The notes beneath the pieces were generated by a model. It was not told where the DNA came from and searched no databases. It worked only from the letters and a program-made list of their open reading frames with translations. Of a stretch of DNA of 64,000 bases, positions 60,341 through 64,000 are shown one piece after another. The position numbers and the translations under genes were made by a program. Source of the stretch: Lepidodermella squamata (Eukaryota > Animalia > Gastrotricha); the NCBI GenBank assembly GCA_047495785.1, contig JBLDXI010000058.1, positions 248,001-312,000 on the forward strand, read 5' to 3'. Every line of letters begins with the position of its first letter. Position 1 is the stretch's first letter.

Positions 60341-61725
60341 AAACCGACATTCCGAAGAATATTCTTCTGTGCCTCTAACCTCTAACCTAAAATAAGTGAG
60401 CCCTATGCTAACAAAGGGAGCTATAATTCTTGCGCTATTTTATTTGAATGTTTTGCATGGAAAAAATCGATAAGTTTAAAACGCGGAAAAATTCTACGTC
60501 CATTTTGTAGCTAAAGGAGGTTTGTGCCAAAAGAGCTCAGTGATCACTGCGTTCTCTACGCCTGAAAATGAACTTGTAAATATGACTGCCTTTTAACCCT
60601 AAGAGACAACAAAGCAGGTGACACGCCATTCAAGTTCCGAGGTAGTTAATTGCAAGGAAGTCGATGAGGAGGCAGAGTTCTCTCGTATGCACTCTGGCGT
60701 GAGAACCCATGCGTCCATGGCCTTGTTTTGTTCTGCAAGGCAACGATGCACGAAATCTCAGCCCACGAAGTTTATCAATCCGGTTTCAAAGAGACAGGTT
60801 TTCCTCAGAGCGAAATTCGATGCTATAGCTCGCGTGTATTTAGCGGGAGCGTTGCAACTGCTCATCGCGTTTCCATTTTGAATTCATGGCTCGTAGTATG
60901 AAATAACTTGAAACGTATGAACCTGTTGTAGGTTTGAACGGCCACTCGAGTGCGAATCAGTAAACCCACGTGAAAGTCGCGATAGTTTTGCTTTTTGCTC
61001 CAGCAAAATGAAATTACGTGGAGAATAAAAGTCACGGGTATGAATCGGAAGTGCATAAAATTTTCTGTTTTCAACCATTACTTGGGACTTGGGACCGTAA
61101 CTTCAGAACTATGGGGAAGTTAATTACTTGAATATTGAGCTCAAACAACAGGAAATAGGCGTACATAGCGTACATTGTACAGGGTACATATTCTTCCCAC
61201 GAAAATTGCCCACCGATTGAAACTCAGTTGAAGGTTCATTAATCCGATGAAAACGAGAAACTTACGAATAACTTTTAATCCACCTAAAACCTATGGAAAT
61301 CCTTGCTTTGATGATCTTTTCCTTTCAACTTGTGCGCAGCTTGAAAGCTGAAATCCCCAATCAATCGATGATCTGGTGAGTATTCATCCGACAGGAAATG
61401 AGATACAAAACGGTGATTGCCCTCGGCCTTCCAACTCACGTCACGGATCTTTATCTTTTCTCAAACCTTAGGTAAATTAATCTATAGCAATACTTAATCT
61501 TTAATTTATCTATAACTGCAACGTTAATGGATATCATCTCCATTTAGAAAAATCCTGCTGTCGATAATTACCCAAATATTAGCCAGGCTCCGAAAGCGCT
61601 GAGGTGTAAGTAGCTGAATGCGCTGTATTAGATCGTAATTCTCTACATATCAATGCCCAAGTTATTTTGAGCGCTCTTTCTTTAAAAAAGTTTCGAAAAT
61701 TAATGTCTAAAATCTATTTTAGAAA

Positions 61726-63999
61726 ATGATTCGACTATTATTTTTCTTGGCATTGAGCAGCCTACCCAGTTTTCACGCTGCAGAGCGAAGCAAACTTTCT
61801 GTACTGGTCCTGATACCGCAAACAGGGAACGAGCCGCAGAACGGAGATGGATGTCGATACGCAGTTCAAGTGGCTTTCGATACTGTAAACGAAAATAAGG
61901 ACATTTTGCGGGATTTCCAGATCAAGGCAAGCTTCGCAGATGAAGGACCGGGCGGAATGCTAGCCACTCGAACTGCAGTTCAGTTTCGCCGGAACAACAG
62001 CAACATCGAATATCATTCGCCTTTGTTGATTGGCCCTCTCTTCGCAACTGGCGGTGCCGCTCTTGCCGCTGCTGTTCATCACTTGGATATGGTCCAACTC
62101 GCTACAGGGGTGAATAACCCTCAAACTACGGCGAATCGGCGTCTCTACCCGAATTTTTACCGAACTCGAATAACAGGAGAGCTCGTTGCTTATGCTCAGA
62201 TGCGTTTCATCCGTGATGTCGGAAAGTGGAATCGGTTCGGGATCTTGACTTCAGTTAACAGCGCTTTCGACCTAGCCCTTGCTACATTTCTATACAAGGT
62301 CGCCAATGACAATGGTTTCAACATCTCCTATTTCGGTACAGTAACTGATGTCGCGGACGAAACAATCGAAGCATTGAAAGCATCTGACACGCGCATTCTC
62401 GTAATTGATAGTGGGGTTGCTATATTCGTGAACAAGGCCCTGTGTATGGCTCACATGGCCGGACTAACGGGCCCGCGGTATGCATTCATCATTCCAACTG
62501 GTTCATACTCAGAGCCTAGGAATCTACCGCAAAGCATCGCTAATGCCCCAGGTTGCACGCGAGAAATGCTTCTCGATCAGTTCAAGGCAACAATATGGAT
62601 ATCGTGGGCGAACGGACCTGCTAATGAATATGCCGATCCGTGGCTGAAAACTTCAAGTGGGACAACGCTGCAGGATTTTGAAATTCGATATCAGAACGTG
62701 ACAGGCGACAGGACCCCGCTTGATGCCATTCGCCGTTACCATTGCTATGACACGGGGCTTGAAGCTGCTATGATCCTTGACTCAGCCGAGCGAAAATTGC
62801 GCGAGAAAAACTTGTCCTTGACAGATTTCGAAACGAATTCAAGAGAAGTCATGTTGGCTGTCAATGAATCTACTCTCAACGTGAAATTCTTCGGGTTGAG
62901 AATTGGCAAGTTCGAGTACTCTGCTAGAGGGGAGCCTGACTCTGATGCTCAAGGAGTTATTCAATGGACACCTCAAACTGGCTTGAGAGATCTCTCAGTG
63001 ATCAGTGCAGCGGCTAATTCTTCGATTTACAACTTCTCAAGCTATGCGATGAAAGAGTACCGCAAGCCGAAGTGGTTTACGCCCGATGGCAAGCCTCCTA
63101 GAGATGGGCCAATCGTTGAAGTCGTAGCCCAGCGTATTCCTGACGAACTCTCTTGGACCATTCTGTCTACAAGTGGTGCAATTTCGATTTGGCATACGTA
63201 CCTGTATGTCAAGCCGGTAATGAAAAGCAGCAGCGAAAAAATCGCTTGGATGACTCCATGCCGATCTATTCTTTTCTTCGGTTGTTTGTCTATCGACTTC
63301 GCCTGTGGCCTCTTCGCTTTTTCTTACCCTGTTGGATCTATCGTGTTATGTATCCTTCAAGTAATCGCCCCAGCCCTAGGAGTCGGCATTATAATTGGTT
63401 TCTGCTTCGCTCGTCTTGAAAAAGCAAGACGAAAACCAAATATTCGTGAACGTAAAAAATCGGTAAGGCTTTCATCAAAAAGATCGACAAACGCAGGGCC
63501 ATGCAACGACGAAGTGAGATCAATGAGAAGTGGCGTTTCATCGGTTTCTTATGTGAAAGAAATTACTGATTATAAATTCGAAATGGTTAGCTTATTGACG
63601 ATATTATTGATGCTTTCACCGGTGTTAGTTGCCTGGTGTACCTCGGAGAAACCTGCCTTCGAAACAAGCACTTTATTCGAGTCTTACGATGCGGGAAGTG
63701 ACACTTTCATTGTCATCAAGGCAGGTCAGTGCACGTCTGGAAATCAAGTAGAATGGGTGTCCGCTTTGTTGATCAGCTACATAGTTATGCTACTATGGTC
63801 TGCTTTTTCAGCTTACGTAACTCGAAAAAGTCCCGAACTCAAGTATGAGCGCATCGCTGTTTTAAATGTAATCGTCATGATTATGGCAGCGGTGTTAATC
63901 AGTGTTACTCTTGCCTCGCCTGATGGAAGAATGATTTGCTTTGCAATTGTTAGTGTCATTATATCACTCGGCTCTGGGACACTTTTGATTCCCGAGTAG
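61726..63999 (+). CDS. Class C GPCR, GABA-B-receptor-like paralogue, intronless
   Basis: Ectodomain highly similar to 56868-59213 (e.g. RITGELVAYAQMRFIRDVGKWNRFG); 7TM ending LLIPE-stop. Confidence 0.85.
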   Translation: MIRLLFFLALSSLPSFHAAERSKLSVLVLIPQTGNEPQNGDGCRYAVQVAFDTVNENKDILRDFQIKASFADEGPGGMLATRTAVQFRRNNSNIEYHSPLLIGPLFATGGAALAAAVHHLDMVQLATGVNNPQTTANRRLYPNFYRTRITGELVAYAQMRFIRDVGKWNRFGILTSVNSAFDLALATFLYKVANDNGFNISYFGTVTDVADETIEALKASDTRILVIDSGVAIFVNKALCMAHMAGLTGPRYAFIIPTGSYSEPRNLPQSIANAPGCTREMLLDQFKATIWISWANGPANEYADPWLKTSSGTTLQDFEIRYQNVTGDRTPLDAIRRYHCYDTGLEAAMILDSAERKLREKNLSLTDFETNSREVMLAVNESTLNVKFFGLRIGKFEYSARGEPDSDAQGVIQWTPQTGLRDLSVISAAANSSIYNFSSYAMKEYRKPKWFTPDGKPPRDGPIVEVVAQRIPDELSWTILSTSGAISIWHTYLYVKPVMKSSSEKIAWMTPCRSILFFGCLSIDFACGLFAFSYPVGSIVLCILQVIAPALGVGIIIGFCFARLEKARRKPNIRERKKSVRLSSKRSTNAGPCNDEVRSMRSGVSSVSYVKEITDYKFEMVSLLTILLMLSPVLVAWCTSEKPAFETSTLFESYDAGSDTFIVIKAGQCTSGNQVEWVSALLISYIVMLLWSAFSAYVTRKSPELKYERIAVLNVIVMIMAAVLISVTLASPDGRMICFAIVSVIISLGSGTLLIPE

Positions 64000-64000
64000 C

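Overview
Eukaryotic DNA from an animal (probably an invertebrate) with a compact genome and ~50-60 bp GT-AG introns. Left part (1-31.7 kb): intron-rich host genes, namely PLXDC, ARF1, a tight minus-strand run LIN37-HOP2-COMMD3-OSR1/SPAK, cytochrome b561, SCAP, NT5DC, and a TGF-beta-family prodomain gene with a small heat-shock gene nested in its intron; a few MITE-like inverted repeats are also present. Centre (31.7-51.6 kb): a Polinton/Maverick-like element with AGTAGT...ACTACT termini that forms an almost perfect ~19.9 kb palindrome. Each arm encodes dUTPase, a deoxynucleoside kinase, a RING/TRAF-type zinc finger, a PC4-like ssDNA-binding protein, an ~1424-aa protein-primed PolB split by 10 spliceosomal introns, and two conserved Polinton ORFs. 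The 402-bp non-duplicated spacer holds the 3' half of the packaging ATPase (missed by the ORF track). No integrase, capsid or protease gene is present, so this is a fold-back derivative of one end of the element. The element sits inside a host MARCH (RING-CH) gene at right, and 65 bp of that host gene were copied to the left end, where they abut and truncate the TGF-beta gene. The palindrome therefore arose after integration, either in vivo or as an amplification/assembly chimera; the sequence alone cannot decide which. Right part (51.6-64 kb): intronless MARCH-like genes, a divergent class III-like alcohol dehydrogenase, and two tail-less GABA-B-like class C GPCRs with a pseudogene remnant between them. 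All calls come from reading motifs by eye; no database search was run.
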